Source: the human T2T-CHM13v2.0 reference genome, Homo sapiens. Taken from it: DNA of 64,000 bases. The DNA is taken from NCBI RefSeq assembly GCF_009914755.1, contig NC_060947.1. The stretch is one strand, 5' to 3'. Shown one piece after another: positions 20,340 through 35,894 of this stretch; within the stretch, counting starts at the first letter, position 1, and each line of letters starts with the position of its first letter. The notes under the pieces are model-generated. The model searched no databases. It saw only the letters and a list, made by a program, of their open reading frames with translations, and was not told where the DNA came from. The position numbers and the translations under genes are program-made.

Positions 20340-21076
20340 AAGACACTAGAATCCTAGACATATCACACGATTTTGGACAAAGAAATTTGGTTATTTCTGA
20401 TTTTATAATATTGTAATATAATAACCTTAATTATAATTGATAGCATATATGTATACACTAGAATCTTAGACATTTTATACAATTTTGGAACATATATTAA
20501 TGTTATTTATCGAAATATAATCTGAAGAAGATTAAATATCATTTTTGCAATCCCACCTATTTAAATATATTAAATATCTTGTTTATCTTTCTTTTGATGT
20601 TCTAGGTGCCCTAAAAGTTAGGGGTTAGGAAAGATAATCTTGAAACTGAAGTTTAATTTTGGGACGTTTGTTGAATATGTTAGAGTTTTAAAACATTTGA
20701 TATTATAAAATAGACTTTTAGATTATTATAAGTTACTTATTTTGTTAAAATGACTCAAATATTTGAAAAAGCAAATATCTTTTATTAGTCTTAATTATTA
20801 CGTGAAAATTCTGTTTAAGAGAGAAAGTTAATTTTAATTTTATCTTTGTACTAGTCTATTATTAATGTTAATCCCAATTTTTAATGAACTTTTATGGATA
20901 ACTTTATTTAATCTTAACCAGTTTGACTATAAGGTGAGATTTTTACAAACCTTTTATAATTTTTTACAAATTTAGTTAAAGAGTAGATTAGTGTTTTAAG
21001 AGTATTTTGTTGTGTTTTTATTTCAACGTTTAATTTACAGAAAAACCCATTTAACATCTTTTTGAATTTAGTCAAT

Positions 21077-21370
21077 ATCTCAGCAAACTATCGCAAGGAG
21101 AAAAAACCAAACACCGCATGTTCTCACTCATAGGTGGGAATTGAACAATGAGAACACATGGACACAGGAAGGGGAACATCACACACCGGGGACTGTTGTG
21201 GAGTTGGGGGAGGGGGGAGGGATAGCATTAGGAGATATACCTAATGCTAAATGACGAGTTAATTGGTGCAGCACACCAACATGGCACATGTATACATATG
21301 TAACAAACCTGCACGTTGTGCACATGTACCCTAAAACTTAAAGTATAATAATAATAAAATTAAAAAAAAG
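21077..21370 (+). mobile_element. 5'-truncated L1PA4/5-like 3' end
   Basis: ORF2 terminus, 3'UTR and A-rich tail inside the ERV1 internal region. Confidence 0.9.
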
Positions 21371-23257
21371 ATATATCATTAGGTTAAAAAAAGATTAATT
21401 TTTATAGTTTTTCCACAATTTGTTTAAACCTTTTGTTTTATTTTATCTAATTTAAGACAATCTTTTATTTTTAGGCAAAATGTATATTTCTATGTATTTT
21501 TATAATTATTTACTAAAACACATTTTACTGCTTTTACGTACCCTGTATGTAAATCCATTTTCAGTAGTCTCAATGATATATTTTAATGGTAACTTTTAGT
21601 AATTTTTAACATTAATGGAAAATCTGATAAGTTGTTTTAATTATATACTAGATTTAGATAAAGTTTGACTTTTTCTAGTATAGTTAGGGGAGTGGCTATT
21701 TCCATATGTTCCCAGGCTTCACCCATTGTAAAGTAGGCAAGTTGAACAGTTCTTAAAGGCCAAAGTAGTTTACAACCTTAAAATATTTAGTAAATCTAGT
21801 ATCTGACCTGTATAATTTAGACCACCTATCTGTATTTTGAAGACATTTGTATTTTATCAATAATTTTTAAGACGGTTTTTATTCTTTAAAAATTAAAGTT
21901 ATGTGAATTGAAAGGTACCATAGTTTTTATATTCTTTTTAAAAAATGTTTGATTCAAGTGTTTATTTTTTAAGTCAATTAATTAGCTTTTTTTTTAAGTA
22001 GACATCACACACATGTCACATATATGACTACACAAACAGAAGAGGATTCAGTAGTTCAGGGTGGAGTCTTTTAAGAATACGGCTAGGAAAGTATGTAGCT
22101 TCTGGGGCATAGCTGGAAGGCAAAAGCTGATTTTGAGAGGGATTTGTCTGTCTCTAATTCTAGGGTTTCTATGAGGAAAATATAGATTTTTCCCAAAATG
22201 GGATCTGTAGTGCCTTTTCTGTTTTCTCAAGGAGGCTTAGGCCATCAGAAGTTATCTCAGGGCCTTTCATGTATGTACCAAGAGTGGCAAGACAGAGTGG
22301 AGAAAAGTCATTCAGTCAACTGAGAAAAAAACCTTTTCCAGGAAAACAAGATTGATGAAGAAAAAAACATAAAGGCCTTTTGAATATATCTATAGTTTGG
22401 ATATCTACTTTTAATTAAGTTGAATGTTTTTAAAGAAAATCTTTTTTATTAATTAAAACTTTACAGAGAATATAAACAGTGATTCTTATCATTTCTTTTT
22501 ACCAGTTTGTACCATTACCTGTTCACAATTATGTTCAGGTTCTCTAGTTTCTTCTGGGAGAAAGTGACTGGGTTTAGGCAAGGGCAGGTTTTCAATTGGA
22601 CTGTAGATTCTTCTAGTGATAAAGTTTGATATTTGAGGAGGTGATTGTTAGAGAGAATTCTTTTAAAGAACAGTAGTCCTGTTATATTGTGTGGGGTGTA
22701 AACAGTTATTCTTAACTTGGTGGCCTCTGGTACCAGTGGAGTCACCGTTGTAACTGGAGGCAGGTTGGCCATCTTTTAGTCATCAAGTCAAGTTTGTTGT
22801 TTAGGTAGTCCACTGGTTGTTGAGTTGGATCTTGAGTCTTAGTTAAAACTATCAAGGTTATTCTCTTCCTTTCTGATACGTAATGATTAAATATCTTCCC
22901 TATTGGAAGACTGAGGGCAGGTGTTTTAAGTAAGGCTTTTTTTTAATTGGTTAAGGTTTTTTGAGTTTTAGGTTCCCAAGTTAGGGAGTGAGTTTTAGAT
23001 GTTTGAGGTTTTTTTTATGAGGTGGTATAAAGGGTGAGTTATTTCACCATACCCACATACCCATAATTTGTAAAATCCAGTAATGTCTAAGAATCCCCTT
23101 AATTGTTTAAAAGTTTTGGGAAAGGGAAAAAAGGAAATGGGCTTAATTTTTTTCTCTCCTGGTGTTCTGGTCCATTCTGATAAGACTAGACCTAGGCATT
23201 TTACTGAAGTTTGATAGAGTTGAATTTTAGATTTTGAGACCCTATATGCTCTTTCAG

Positions 23258-24497
23258 TTAAGAAATTAAGAAGAGTTTCAGTGTTTTTTTTGAGACATCT
23301 TTGGTTGGGGCACAGAGGAGAGCGCTATTTATATACTGTAAAGTTTTAACTTGAGGGTGAGAAAAATCAGAGGGATTTTTGGGCAGGGTCTGTTTCTGTA
23401 ACTTCTTTATGATATTAGGGGCTGTTTGAGTAATAAATCTGTTCTTTATTGTATTGGTAGGCAGGGAGGTGTGTTTTATTAAAGCTTTTCTCAGCCCTTC
23501 CATAAAGGCTGAGGGATTTTTATCTGCATTTTTATTTAACATAGACAGTTTAGAGTAATTAAGATGTTTGGTTCTGTTTTTTGTAAGTCTTTTAATATGT
23601 ATAATAGAAAGTGTTTTTTTTTTCTTTCATTCATCTATGGGATCACTAGGGCTCTAATTAGGATTTTCAAGGGGCACTGTTTCTCTTCCTATTGGGAATT
23701 GGGATCCTGTCTCTTTTTCACCTCTTTAATATTTTGACTGGGTTCTTTTTTTGACTGGTTATAGGAGGCATGTTCATCTCTGAATGTTCCTGTTGTCTGT
23801 AGGGTTGTCTGTTTCTTGGTAGTAGTTAGGGTTTGGCTTAGGAGTAGTATACTATTTCTCCATGTAAGATTAAACACTTGTATTAGATTTTGGAAAGCCT
23901 TTATATATCTATCAGGGTTATCAGAGAACTTTTCTAGGTCCCCCTTTATTTGTCTAAGGTCCTGTGATGAGAAGGGAACTTGAACCCTAGTAGTACTATG
24001 TCTGCTGGGCATTTCTTGTAGAGGTAACAGTGAATTTAGGGGTTTCTTGGGTAGCAAAACTGGAGGAGCTGATGATATGGCTATGGGGGCCTTGGATAAG
24101 GGGGGCAGGAAAGGCACCTAGAAGTTGTATTTGTCTCTGACTTTGGGGAATTATCTTTTGTAGTCTTGTCTGATATGGCTGTCAAGAGGGCAGGGTTAAT
24201 TTTACAATGCTTATAAAGATTTGGGTTGTCTTGCAGGGCAAAGAAAGTTTGTATATAGGGAACCTTGGACCATTTGTCCTCCCATCTGTAGAAAAGATCT
24301 AGTTGTTGGATAGTGTTAGAATTAACACTTTTCTGAGAAGGCCAGGCCTCCTGTCTGTCTTGTAGTTGGTAAGATGACCACACCCTTGTGTAATAGAATA
24401 TAAGTTGTTTTTTCTTCCAAGTCTCAGGGTCAAAGGAGTTCCAGTGTTTCAGAATGTACTTGAGAGGAGTGTAGACTGTAGATGGTTTGTTACCCAT
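23258..24497 (-). pseudogene. Fragmented gammaretrovirus-like gag (HERV9/W/HUERS-P3-like MA-CA)
   Basis: [29 protein letters not shown]; VQVPFSSQDLRQIKGDLEKFSDNPDRYI; DKNPSAFMEGLRKALIKHT. Confidence 0.85.
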
Positions 24498-26127
24498 CTA
24501 GAAAGATACGAGAGACAAAGGCATCCCTTAGTCTTCTCTTTCCCTTCTGAGTGACCTAGGGTGGAGAGAAAGAGAGAAAGGGCATCTTCCTTCTCCTCTT
24601 CACTTCCTTGACCTCTGGGTCTTGGTAACCACCATAGGTTCCACCCGTGGATGAAAGTGTGATCTTCACCCATATATCTGGAGGACGTAGGTGGCAGCAT
24701 TAGTCATGTGTTACTCATCTGTGTAAGGTCCTAGTTTTCCACTCTGCTGGTTTCCTAGACCCACTCAGCCTAAAAGGCTCCCAAGGTACCCCAGGGATCT
24801 GGGAGAGATTATGTTGTAGTTGGATTTGGGCAACAGTCTTTAATGGAGGGAGCGTCTAAACACTATCTCTGGCTTCCCTTGTTATGGTCCCAGGGAAACA
24901 CTGGAATCCCAGAGAGTGGGACCAATTGACTTTTAAATATAAAATCCTTTTTTTGTTTAAATCACAATGTAGTTGGATGTAGAACAGGTGCCTCAAGAGA
25001 ACATAAGGATTGAATAGCTGTCCTTCCTTTGATGGAGATAGTATAAAGGCTAAAATCTGTCTTGTCAGGATGGCTTCCTCCGGGCTATTGAAAGTGGAAT
25101 TTTCTTGGCAAATGGGGTGTGGGGACTGATCACTGACAGAGGGACTTAAAAGAGAAAAGAATTGGGAAACAAGGTTTGGGGCAAAGGGTTGACAGGGCTC
25201 CCCATGGAGAAAAACCCCATCCCACTAGGTGGTCCTGTAAGGTCTGAAATGTTAGGTAAAAATTCTGACTAAATTCTTTTCAGGCAAAAGTTAAAAAGAG
25301 ACGTCTGGGGCTTGATAAGCTGTCTCCACAGTATGTCTCTTAGTAGAAGAAAATTAACTTGTTTCATAGCAAGGCTGTCTAGTTCTGTTGGACAATGTTG
25401 GCTTTTCACATGGGAAAAGAAAGAGTTTAAATGAAGGGGGGATAATTGTCCTGGGAGAAATAACCCCTCATCTAACCCCATTGAGTGTTATCATTGGGAG
25501 ATAAATAGGTCTCCAGATCCAGGTCTTGGAATTTCTTCATTTCAAGGAAACCACAGAGACAATAATTCACTGAATTGCGTTTCTGATTACTAAGGCACTG
25601 ACTGACTTTACCCGACAAGACTATATCTCCAGGTTGTAAAAACACCCACATCATTGTACGCAAAGAAGGGATAGGCAACATGATAGTCGAGAAAAGCAAG
25701 GAAGAAAATGCAATAGAAAAGTCTGGAAGTCGTGATGCTGACACCCGATGGACTATCAGGGACTGGAATTAGCCCAGGGGCCTTCAGGTAACACCAAGGT
25801 GTAGCCTTGGCCAGAAGCCTTCAGTTGCCTCGGGACCTCCTTCCAGCCCCATGTGACAGCTAGGCCCTCTGTGAAAGGAAACTGGATTGGAACAGAGCCA
25901 ACATTCCTAACAACTTACAGCGATGGGGATTGACAAATTCCTCTCCAGCAATCCTGTCCCCTGAGTCTTAAGGCTGGAAGCCACCCTATTAGTTTTTTAA
26001 CTGGCTGACAGGGGCCCAGTGTTTTGTTTGTTTCTTGAGAAGAAAAAAAAAAAAACTGAGGACTAACCTCCAAAATGAAAGTAAAGAATTAAATGTCCAC
26101 TCTTACCTTTTAGATGAATCCCTTTCT

Positions 26128-26145
26128 TTCCCAGCCAATGCACCA
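26128..26145 (-). other. Primer-binding site complementary to the tRNA-Gly 3' end
   Basis: TGGTGCATTGGCTGGGAA just inside the 5' LTR; one mismatch to TGGTGCATTGGCCGGGAA. Confidence 0.8.
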
Positions 26146-26938
26146 AAATATGTTGTAGTCCTGTCAGTGCATTAAAATATGTAGTAGTCTTTTGTTGTTT
26201 GAGATAGTATCTGAAGTTTTGTGTCTCACATCTAAGAGAATTAAGGAGTGTGGACACAAGCATGAGGTTGGAGTGAAAGTTTAATAAGTGAAAGAAAAAA
26301 GTTCTCCATAGTGGAGAGGGGGAGCCAAATGGGTTGTCCACTATGAAGCTGGGGTCTGGGGTTTTTATGTATTGGGAAGGGGAAGGAGTATGTTTAGTCT
26401 GTGGGCTGTCTTGGAGAAAGTGTGATTCAGTTTGGCCTGGAATCTTGACCTGGGACCAATCAAGAGTTGAAGTGATGATTCACAGGGGCTACTCAGTTTG
26501 GCCCAGGACCTATCAGCAGTTGAAGTGATGATTCGTAGAGGCCAGGCTCACAGTGCAAAAAGGAAAGGAAAGAGTCCACTGGACCCACCGTGTTCATGCC
26601 CACAAAAGGAGAAGAAAAGTTTTCCTGGGAGCCTGTTGATTATATAAAGGACAAAGGCATTTTTATGTCAAGCCTTCTTTCTTTATCTGAGGGGGTCGGA
26701 AGTTTTTGTAAGTTTTTATCTGAATGGGCTGGAGGTTCTCCTATCTGTGTAGCTATGGGCATGTCTCCAGGAACAACCACATGTGTTAGTTGCCTTATTG
26801 GTGCCCGCAGTTTGATTTTTTTCTCAGGCTGTTTTTTGTGTTATGTGGGGATGAGGCACTGACCTGTGGGTCAGGGGCTCTCCAGGGACCCATCCCTTGT
26901 TGTCTACCTAAGGCAAGTTAGTTAACTCCTCTCATCAG

Positions 26939-27520
26939 CCTCGGTCAAGCAGTAGAAAAATATTTGTCCTGGGTAAGAGAATGGCTCCATTTTGGTGCCT
27001 TAGTGACCATGCAGGGCAAATGCAAATTCGTCCAGTAGGCCACAGGGGAAAGACTTGAACTGCAGCTAATTTGAGTCTTGGCAGAACACCTTGTGATTCT
27101 CCTAAAACATGAGAACATGGGATGCTTGAGGCCATCTCCCACTCTTCTTCCTACTTACCAAGGAGGCTGTCATGAGACAGTTTCTCATTGCCTTCTGAGT
27201 TTTGATAAGATATGAAGATTTCTGTCTTGCCCCCTTGGGGTACAACTGCAGGTTATAAAACTGCTTAACTGCTGCATAGCACTGGCTCCTCAGCAATAGG
27301 GTGTCCCACAACTCAAGATGCAAACTTCCAATGGCCCCCTCTGTTTTGGTTTTGGCTACCTTGGTGTGTAGGACCAGGACCATGGGGAGCTTGTTCCTTT
27401 GGCTACTCTTCCTTTCACTGTGTATGTATGTAGTAAACTTTCTAAATCTGAAAAGGGCTTGTTTCATATTTACTGGCAAAATTTGTCAGACCTGGCCTTG
27501 CCTTACTTGTCTGCTCAACA
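26939..27520. mobile_element. Old LTR-like relic, family unresolved
   Basis: TATA-like 'ttataaaa', LTR-like composition and a ..CAACA end; weak support. Confidence 0.35.
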
Positions 27521-29549
27521 CTGTATAGGTAGAGTGTATCTATTTTTTGCACCTTTCCTGAGAGGCCTTAACAAATATGATCATATTCTTTAAGCAAACA
27601 AATTTATGTATAGTTTATTGGGTCTTCATAATCACCATGACAATAAAGTATTAAACAGATATGAAAACTGAGACACAGAGGGGCTAATCAATTTTCTCAA
27701 AATCACAGTAAGCAGCTGAGCTCAGTCTAAATTCAGATGTGATTTCTAGTTCAGCGCTCAATGCTCTTGCTATTGCACGTTTATAGTATATATTACTGCT
27801 GTCAAGTTTGCTACATTTTCGATGACAGATAATTAAATGATCTAAGAATTGACCCATCGAGACAGAATCATTTCTCTGGTGTGGCAGCAAGCAGTGCTAT
27901 GTAATAATCTGATAATACTCTTTATATAGTTTGGCATGTGTTTCTCTAAATGTATTACTATACTTTTCCACATTGAGGTTCATCTTACACTTTCTTGACC
28001 ACTCATTGCTTGTTTCTGCAATTTTTCACTGCTGACTTGTCATAGTTTACTTGAATAAATCTACTGCAAAATTGGTATGTTCTCTGTCTTCCACGCCTTT
28101 TATAAAAGTATGAACTAAGATGGATCCTAGTACTGAATCCCAGGTTTTCCTACTCTGAAAAACAAAACTTCTATGATAAAATTTCTCCCTCCATCTTATA
28201 TAGTGAACATGTTTTTAAAAGTGGTTATGAATGTGTATTCCAGTATTGTTTGTAATAATGAAAAATTATAAACACCTAAATATCCATCAATAGAGAATTG
28301 GATTAATAATGTGTCAACCACACAATGGAATACCATGTAGCTATTAAAAATAATAATGTAGATGCATAACTACTAATGTGAGTAAACAACTATTGTAAAA
28401 TTTTCACATTAAAAATGTGAAATTTTCTGTCTATTGGGATGTGCATATGGCATCCTCCCAGTAAGTAGAAAAACAACAAGGAAAAACATCAAAAGTTTAA
28501 AAATGGTTTCTTGGGGTAGTGTGAATACATGTAAGTTTAAAAATGAACGTGTGTTTTTATAATCAGAAAAAATCTATTTCCATTGTGAAAAAGTAAAAAT
28601 GGTAAGAATTACCTTTGACGTAAAAACACATCAGCTGCTTTTCAAAAATTTCAATAATTTGGAGATTGCAAAATGTTGGACAGAAGGTTTTCTTTTAATT
28701 TTAATTAGTTGCCTGCATTTAAAGATGTGAGGGATCAAATACAAATCTAAATTTCCAGCTTTACTTGAATAATCAGAAGATCTGGACAACCATCACAGTC
28801 TCACATGGCAATTACTGCCTGAAACAGAGGGGTGGCTACTCCTGTCAGGTTCTCTTCAGTGAACCATAGTCTTTGCTTGGCAGCCAGTGCTCATGTGTGG
28901 TAACTGCCTTACCAAAGAAATGTTGACTTGCAGTTTTCCACAAGCCCTTTTGTCTTCTCCATCTTCTCTGTTGTCTAATCCCCCTTCCCAACTGTGGAGT
29001 AGAGAAATCATCTCACTTTCAGCTGTGCATATGTGAAGACAGAAGCATGTGTGCACTCCTGTGTAAGAAAGCGTCAAGAGTTAGGTGGGAGAAAGCACAC
29101 ACAAACATGTCATATTTCAAAACAAAGTGAGCCTGAGGTCTGTGTCAGTAGCCAAGGTACAGAGTCAGGGAAAGTGAGAAGAAGGAAATGCAGGTCAAAA
29201 TAGGCAGGCAGGTTAGCCTTAGCAAAGGTCAGAAGAGAGGGTTATTACATCCTACCCGCAGCATGCAATATACCCATGCAACAAACCTGCATGTATATCC
29301 CCTGAATCTAAAATAAATGTTAACATTGTTTTTTTAAAGAAATATGTTTCCACTTGAAATATCATGCTGGTTTCTCTCCAATACGTAATGTTTGCTTAAG
29401 CATTAATGATAATACTTTAATCAGAATATTGAAAAAATAATATATATATACATGATCCAGAAGTCCAAATTAAAGGTAAAAATATATACATACATAAAAA
29501 TTTCACTATCACCCTTGCTCCTATACACCATTTCCCCCTGCTCTCTATA

Positions 29550-29748
29550 GCAGCACTGTCCAATAGAAATTTCTGATAATGAAATGTTCTATATTGGCAC
29601 TGTCCAATACAGTAGCTAGCAGCCACAGGTGGCTATTTTAATTTAATTTTTTGAAATTAAAAAGTCACTTTCTCAGTTGCACTAGGCACATGTCAAGTGC
29701 TCAAGAGCCACACATGACTAGTGTCTACCATATTGGACAGCACAGCCT
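29550..29748. mobile_element. MER3-like hAT-Charlie MITE
   Basis: Inverted termini 'cactgtccaata' ... 'tattggacagcacag'. Confidence 0.7.
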
Positions 29749-30151
29749 AATAGTTTATTGTTTATCTTTCCAGAGTTTCCGTATACAAATAAAAGCAAAT
29801 TAATATTGGTTTTTATTTCAGATTCCATCCACTTTCCCATAATAGAAATCAAATTTACCAATCTTTGGTTTGCGAGATTCTTTCAGAAACAAGTCTTATG
29901 AATGTAAGACACCAGGCAATCTGACAATATGTTAGCACAGTGGCCATAAATTGACAGTAAGACATACATTTTGGCCAAAAGTTCTGCCTTAAAGCTCTGT
30001 GATTTTGAGCAAGTTACTTAATTTTTCTGGGTCTATTTCCTCATCTGTAAAATGGAAATAATGTTACCTATCTCATGGGTATTGTGAGGACTAAGTGAGG
30101 ACGTAGATGTATAATTTAGAATGGTGCCTACCTTGTACATAGTGATAAATA

Positions 30152-33100
30152 CAGGCCTATCTCATTTTATTGCACTTCACTCTATTGCACTTGGCAGATA
30201 CTGTGTTTTTTATGAATTAAAGACTTGGAGCAATTCTGCATCAGACAAGTCTATCAGCGACATTTTTCCAACAGCATGTTCTCATTTTGTGTCTCTGTGT
30301 CACCTTTTGATAATTCTTGCAGTATTTCTAACTTTTTCACTATTATTATATCTGTTGCAGTGATCAGTGATCTTTGATGTTACCGTTGTAATTCTTTTGG
30401 GGTACCATGAACTGTGCCCATATAAGATGGCAGGCTAACTCAGGCCTCCCTATTCCCTGAGACACAACAATATTGAAATTAGGCTAATTAATAACCCTAC
30501 GGTGGCCTCTAAGAGTTCAAGTGAAAGGAATAGTCACATGTCTCTCACTTTAAATCAAAAGCTAGAAATGATTAAGCTTAGTGAGGAAGGAAAGTTGAAA
30601 GCTAACATAGGCTAAAAGCTAGGCCTCTTGTACCAGACAGTCAGCCAAGTTGTGAACACAAGGGAAAAGTTTGTGGAGGAAATTGAAAGTGTTACTCCAG
30701 TGAACACGTGAATGATAAGAAAGCAAAACAGACTTACTGCCCATATGGAAAAAGTTTGAGTTGTCTCCATAGAAATTCAAACAAGCTACAACATTCCCTT
30801 AAGCCAAAGCCTAACCCAGAGCAGGGCCCTAATTCTCTTCAATTCTGCAGAGGTTGAGAGAGATAAGGAAGCTGCAGAAGAAAAGTTGGAAGCCAGCAGA
30901 GGCTGGTTCATGAGGTTCAAGGAAAGAAGCTATCTTCATAACATAAAAGTGCAAGGTGAAGTGGCAAGTGCTGATGTAAAAGTTGCAAAAAGTTATCTAG
31001 AAAATCTAGCTAAGATAATCGATGAAAGTGGCTACACAAAACAACAAATTTTCAATGCAGACAAAACAGCCTTATATTGGAATAAGACGCCATCTAGGAC
31101 TTTCACAGATAGAGAGAAGTCAATGCCTGGCTTCAATGACTTAAAGGACAGGCTGACTTTCTTGTTAGAGGCTAATGCAGCTGGTGATTTTAATTCGAAG
31201 CCAATTCTTATTGACCATTCCGAAAATCCTTGGGCCCTTAAGAATTATGCCAAATCTATGCTGCCTGTGCTCTAGAAATGAAACAACAAAGCCTGGATGA
31301 TAACACATTTGTTTACAGCATAATTTACTGAATATTTTAAGCCCACTACTGAGACCTACTGCTCAGAAAAAAAGATTCCTTTCAAAATATTATGGCTCAT
31401 TGACAATGTACCTAGTCACCCAAGAGCCCTGATGAAGATATACAAGGAGGTTAATGTTGTTTTCATGCCTGCTAACACAGCATTCATTCTGTAGCCCATA
31501 GATCACGGTGTAACTTTGACTTTCAAGTCTTACTATTTAAGAAATACATTTCATAAGGCTATAGCTGCTGTAGATATTGATTCCTCTCATGGATCTGAGC
31601 AAAGAAAATTGAAAACCTCTGGAAAGGATTCACCATTCTAGATGCCATTAAGAACTTTCATGGTTTATGGGAGGAGGTCAAAATATCAACATTTACAGGA
31701 GTTTGGAAGAAGTTGATTCGAACTCTCATGGATAACTTTGAGGGGTTCAAGACTTCAGTGGAGAAAGTCACTGCAGATGTGGTGGAAATAGCAAGAGAAC
31801 TAGAATTAGAAGTGTAGCCTGAAGATGTGGCAGAATTGCTGCAATCTCTTGATAAATCTTGAATGGATGAGGAGTTGTTTCTTTTTTAAAAATTATTATT
31901 ATACATTAAGTTCTAGGGTACATCTGCACAACATGCAGGTTTGTTACATAGGCATACATGTGCCATGTTGGTTTGCTGCACCCATCAACTCATCATTTAC
32001 ATTAGGTATTTCTCCTAATGCTATCCCTCCCCCAGCTCCCCATCACCTGACTGGCCCCAGTGTGTGATGATCCCTTCCCTGTGTCCATGTGTTATCATTG
32101 TGCAACTCCCACCTATGAGTGAGAACATGCGGTGTTTGGTTTTCTGTCCTTGTGATAGTTTGCTGAGAATGAGAGTTTCCAACTTCGTCCATTAACCTGC
32201 AAAGGACATGAACTCATCCATTTTTATGGCTGCATAGTATTCAATGGTGTATATGTGCCACATTTTCTTAATCCAATCTATCACTGATGGACATTTGGGT
32301 TGGTTCCAAGTCTTTGCTATTGTGAATAGTGCCACAATAAACATATGTGTGCATGTGTCTTTATCATAGAATGATTTACAATCCTTTGGGTATATGCCCA
32401 GTAATGGGATTGCTGGGTTAAATGGTATTTCTAGTTCTAGATCCTTGCCACACTGTCTTCCACAATGGTTGAACTAATTTTCACTCCCACCAACAGTGTA
32501 AAAGCATTCCTATTTCTCCACATCCTCTCCAGCATCTGTTGCTTCCTGACTTTTTAATGATCTCCATTCTAACTGGCATGAGATGGTAACTCATTGTTTT
32601 TGATTTGCATTTCTCTGATGACCAGTGATGATGAGCATTTTTTCATATGTCTGTTGGCTGCATAAATGTCTTCTTTTGAGAAGTGTCTGTTCATATCCTT
32701 TGCCCACTTTTTGATGGGGTTGTTTTTTCTTGTAAATTTGTTTAAGGTCTTTGTAGATTCTGGATATTAGCCCTTTGTCAGGTGGGTAGATTGCAAAAAT
32801 TTTCTCCCATTCTGTAGGTTGCCTGTTCACTCCGATGATAGTTTATTTTGCTGTGCAGAAGCTCTTTAGTTTAATTAGATCCCATTTGTCAATTTTGGCT
32901 TTTGTTGCCATTGCCTTTGGTGTTTTAGTCATGAAGTCTTTGCCCATGCCTATGTCCTGAATGGTATTGCCTAGGTTTTCTTCTAGGGTTTTTATGGTGT
33001 TAGGTCTTACATTTAAATCTTTAATCCGTCTTGAGTTAAATTTTGTATACAGTGTAATGAAGGGATCCAGTTTCAGCTTTCTACATATGGCTAGCCAGTT

Positions 33101-34122
33101 TTCCGAGCACCATTTATTAAATAGGGAATCTTTTCCCCATTTCTTGTTTTTGTCACATTTGTGAAAGATCAGATAGTTGTAGATATGTGGCATTATTTCT
33201 GAGGGCTCTGTTTGGTTCCTTTGGTTTATATATCTGTTTTGGTACCAGTACCATGCTGTTTTGGTTACTGTAACCTTGCAGTATAGTTTGAAGTCAGGTA
33301 GCGTGATGCCTCCAGCTTTGTTCTTTTTGCTTAGGAGTGTCTTGGCTATGCGGGCTCCTTTTTGGTTCCATATGAACTTTAAAGTAGTTTTTTCCAATTC
33401 TGTGAAGAAAGTCACTGGTAGCTTGATGGGGATAGCATTGAATCTATAAATTACTTTGGGCAGTAAGGCTATTTTCACAATATTGGTTCTTCCTATCCAT
33501 GAGCATGGGGGAGTGGTTTCTTATGGATGAGCAAAGTAGCTTCTTGAGATGGCATCTACTCTTGGTGAAGGTGCTGTGAATAGTGTTGAAATGACAACAA
33601 AGGATTTAGAATATTACATAAATTTAGTTGATAAAACAGTGTCAGGGTTTGAAAGCACTGACTCCAATTTTGAAAGAAGTTCTACTGTAGGTAAATGCTA
33701 TTAAACAGCATCACATGCCACAGAGAAATCTTTCATGAAAGGAAGAGTCAATTGATGTGGCCAACTTCATTGCTGTTTTATTTTAAGAAATTGCCACAGC
33801 CACCCCAACCATCAGCAACTGCCATCCTTATCAGTCAGCAACCATCAACATCAAAGGAAGACCCTCCTCCACCAGTAAGATTACAACTCATTAAAGGCTC
33901 AGATGATCATTAGCATTTTTTAGCAGCAAAGTATTTTTAAATTAAGTTACATATGTTTTTTAGAATAATGCTATTGTATACTTAAGAGACTACAGTATAG
34001 TGTAAATATAACTTTTATATATACTAGGAAACCAAAAAATTTGTGTTACTTACTTTATTGTGATAATTTACTTCATTGCAGTCGTCTGGAACTGAACCCA
34101 CAATATGTTCAAGGTATGTGTG
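30152..34122 (+). mobile_element. Tigger1 DNA transposon, near full length with a dead transposase, interrupted by an L1
   Basis: Degenerate CAGGCATACCTC-type TIRs flanked by TA; transposase ORF 30886-31275 ([33 protein letters not shown]). Confidence 0.92.
31884..33509 (-). mobile_element. 5'-truncated L1PA7-like LINE-1 inside Tigger1
   Basis: ORF2 fragment 32843-33478; TSD GGAGT(T/G)GTTTCTT (31871-31883 / 33510-33522). Confidence 0.92.
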
Positions 34123-34927
34123 TATTTGAAGGTTGATGAGGCTAGATTTGTTGGAGTATGTGTTGGGGGATAGGGATGGGTTGGGGAATAAAAGCCAAAC
34201 TTCAATCATTTGAGGAGTGAGTGGGTGATGAGAAATGGACATATAAACAGAGTACTCTTTCAAAGAAGTTTGAATTAAAAACAGAAAATGGATACTGGTC
34301 AGTGAGTAGCAAAAGTGAGGTGTGGTATCACAGGAGAGTTTTTTAAGACTGGATATCTAAGAATGTTTCAGAGGTATCCAATAATAGTGGTAGAATCTCA
34401 ACTAATGATATTGTTGTTATATTACTCTCATCATCACTATACCTCTACCATACTAATTTCCATAAAATACACATTTTATCTCCCCACTTCACTGGATAAA
34501 CTCTAAATTCCTCTGCTTGGGATGTAGGGTCTTCCATAAAGGTAGCATACCATCTAGCTTTATCATTTATATGCTTCATAACATTGGGCAGCTTGCTTAA
34601 TTTCTCTGAGACCTAATTTCCTCATCTGTAAATTGAAATGGCCCACACTTAACCTTAGCAGGATACAGAAAGATAACTTGGGGCTTCTTTCTAACCTCAC
34701 TCCTGATAGTCCTTGAAGAAGACCCAGCTTCCATGAGACTTGTTTTTAATTCCTACTGCAGAGAGGTGCTGGAGTTTGCTAGTTCTCTGTGTATGCTGAG
34801 CAATTAAATGCTGCCTCTTAATCAAATGCTGATTGCATATTTATTTCATTTTGGTGTTGGAAATCCAAAGCAACGTCAATGGGTTACATTTCATGAGAAC
34901 TTGCTAAATTTTGTGAGATGTGTAGAC

Positions 34928-35256
<329 letters not shown>

Positions 35257-35894
35257 TAACAAACACATAATGCTTACACTAGGATTGTTTCCAAGGAACA
35301 CTTAATATATACTAGAATGTTTCTAAGCACTCCAAAGGTATTAACTCATACAACCCTCATAATAATCCCACTTACAGGTGGGAAAATTAAGGCACATAAA
35401 GGTTAAGTAAGTTGCTCAACATCACTTAGCTGGTAAGTGGTAGAGCTTGGATTTGAAACCAGGGCATCTAGCTTTAGATTTTGTGCACCCCATCACTACA
35501 CTATAATGCACCTCACTTAAGCTTAACAACAACCCAGTGAAGCAGGTACTGTTATTATTCTTATTTTACCCTGAGACTCAGAGAAATTAGGTTACTTGCC
35601 TAAAGTCACATGGCTAGTAAGTGGTGGGTGAGGTTTGAACCAGGTTTGTCTGATTCCTAGGCATTTTGACAACATGTTAACTAGTCATTCCACTAACAGT
35701 TTGATCCTTTTTTGCCATATGTGCATATCACCCATACAATTATTTATTTAAGAAAGCTATTTTAATTAACTGATTTTAAATAACTTTTTTGTATTTTGTA
35801 AGCAATAATATCTATGGTTTCACAGATAACATGTTATTGACATATTTTTAATTAAACGGCATAAACTGTTTTTAAAAATCTGTGTACCTCCGTG

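Noticed and set aside
30886-31275. Domesticated TIGD-like transposase gene
   Set aside because: Short fragment flanked by stops; the DDE motif is mutated (DET>DKT) and the element is split by an L1
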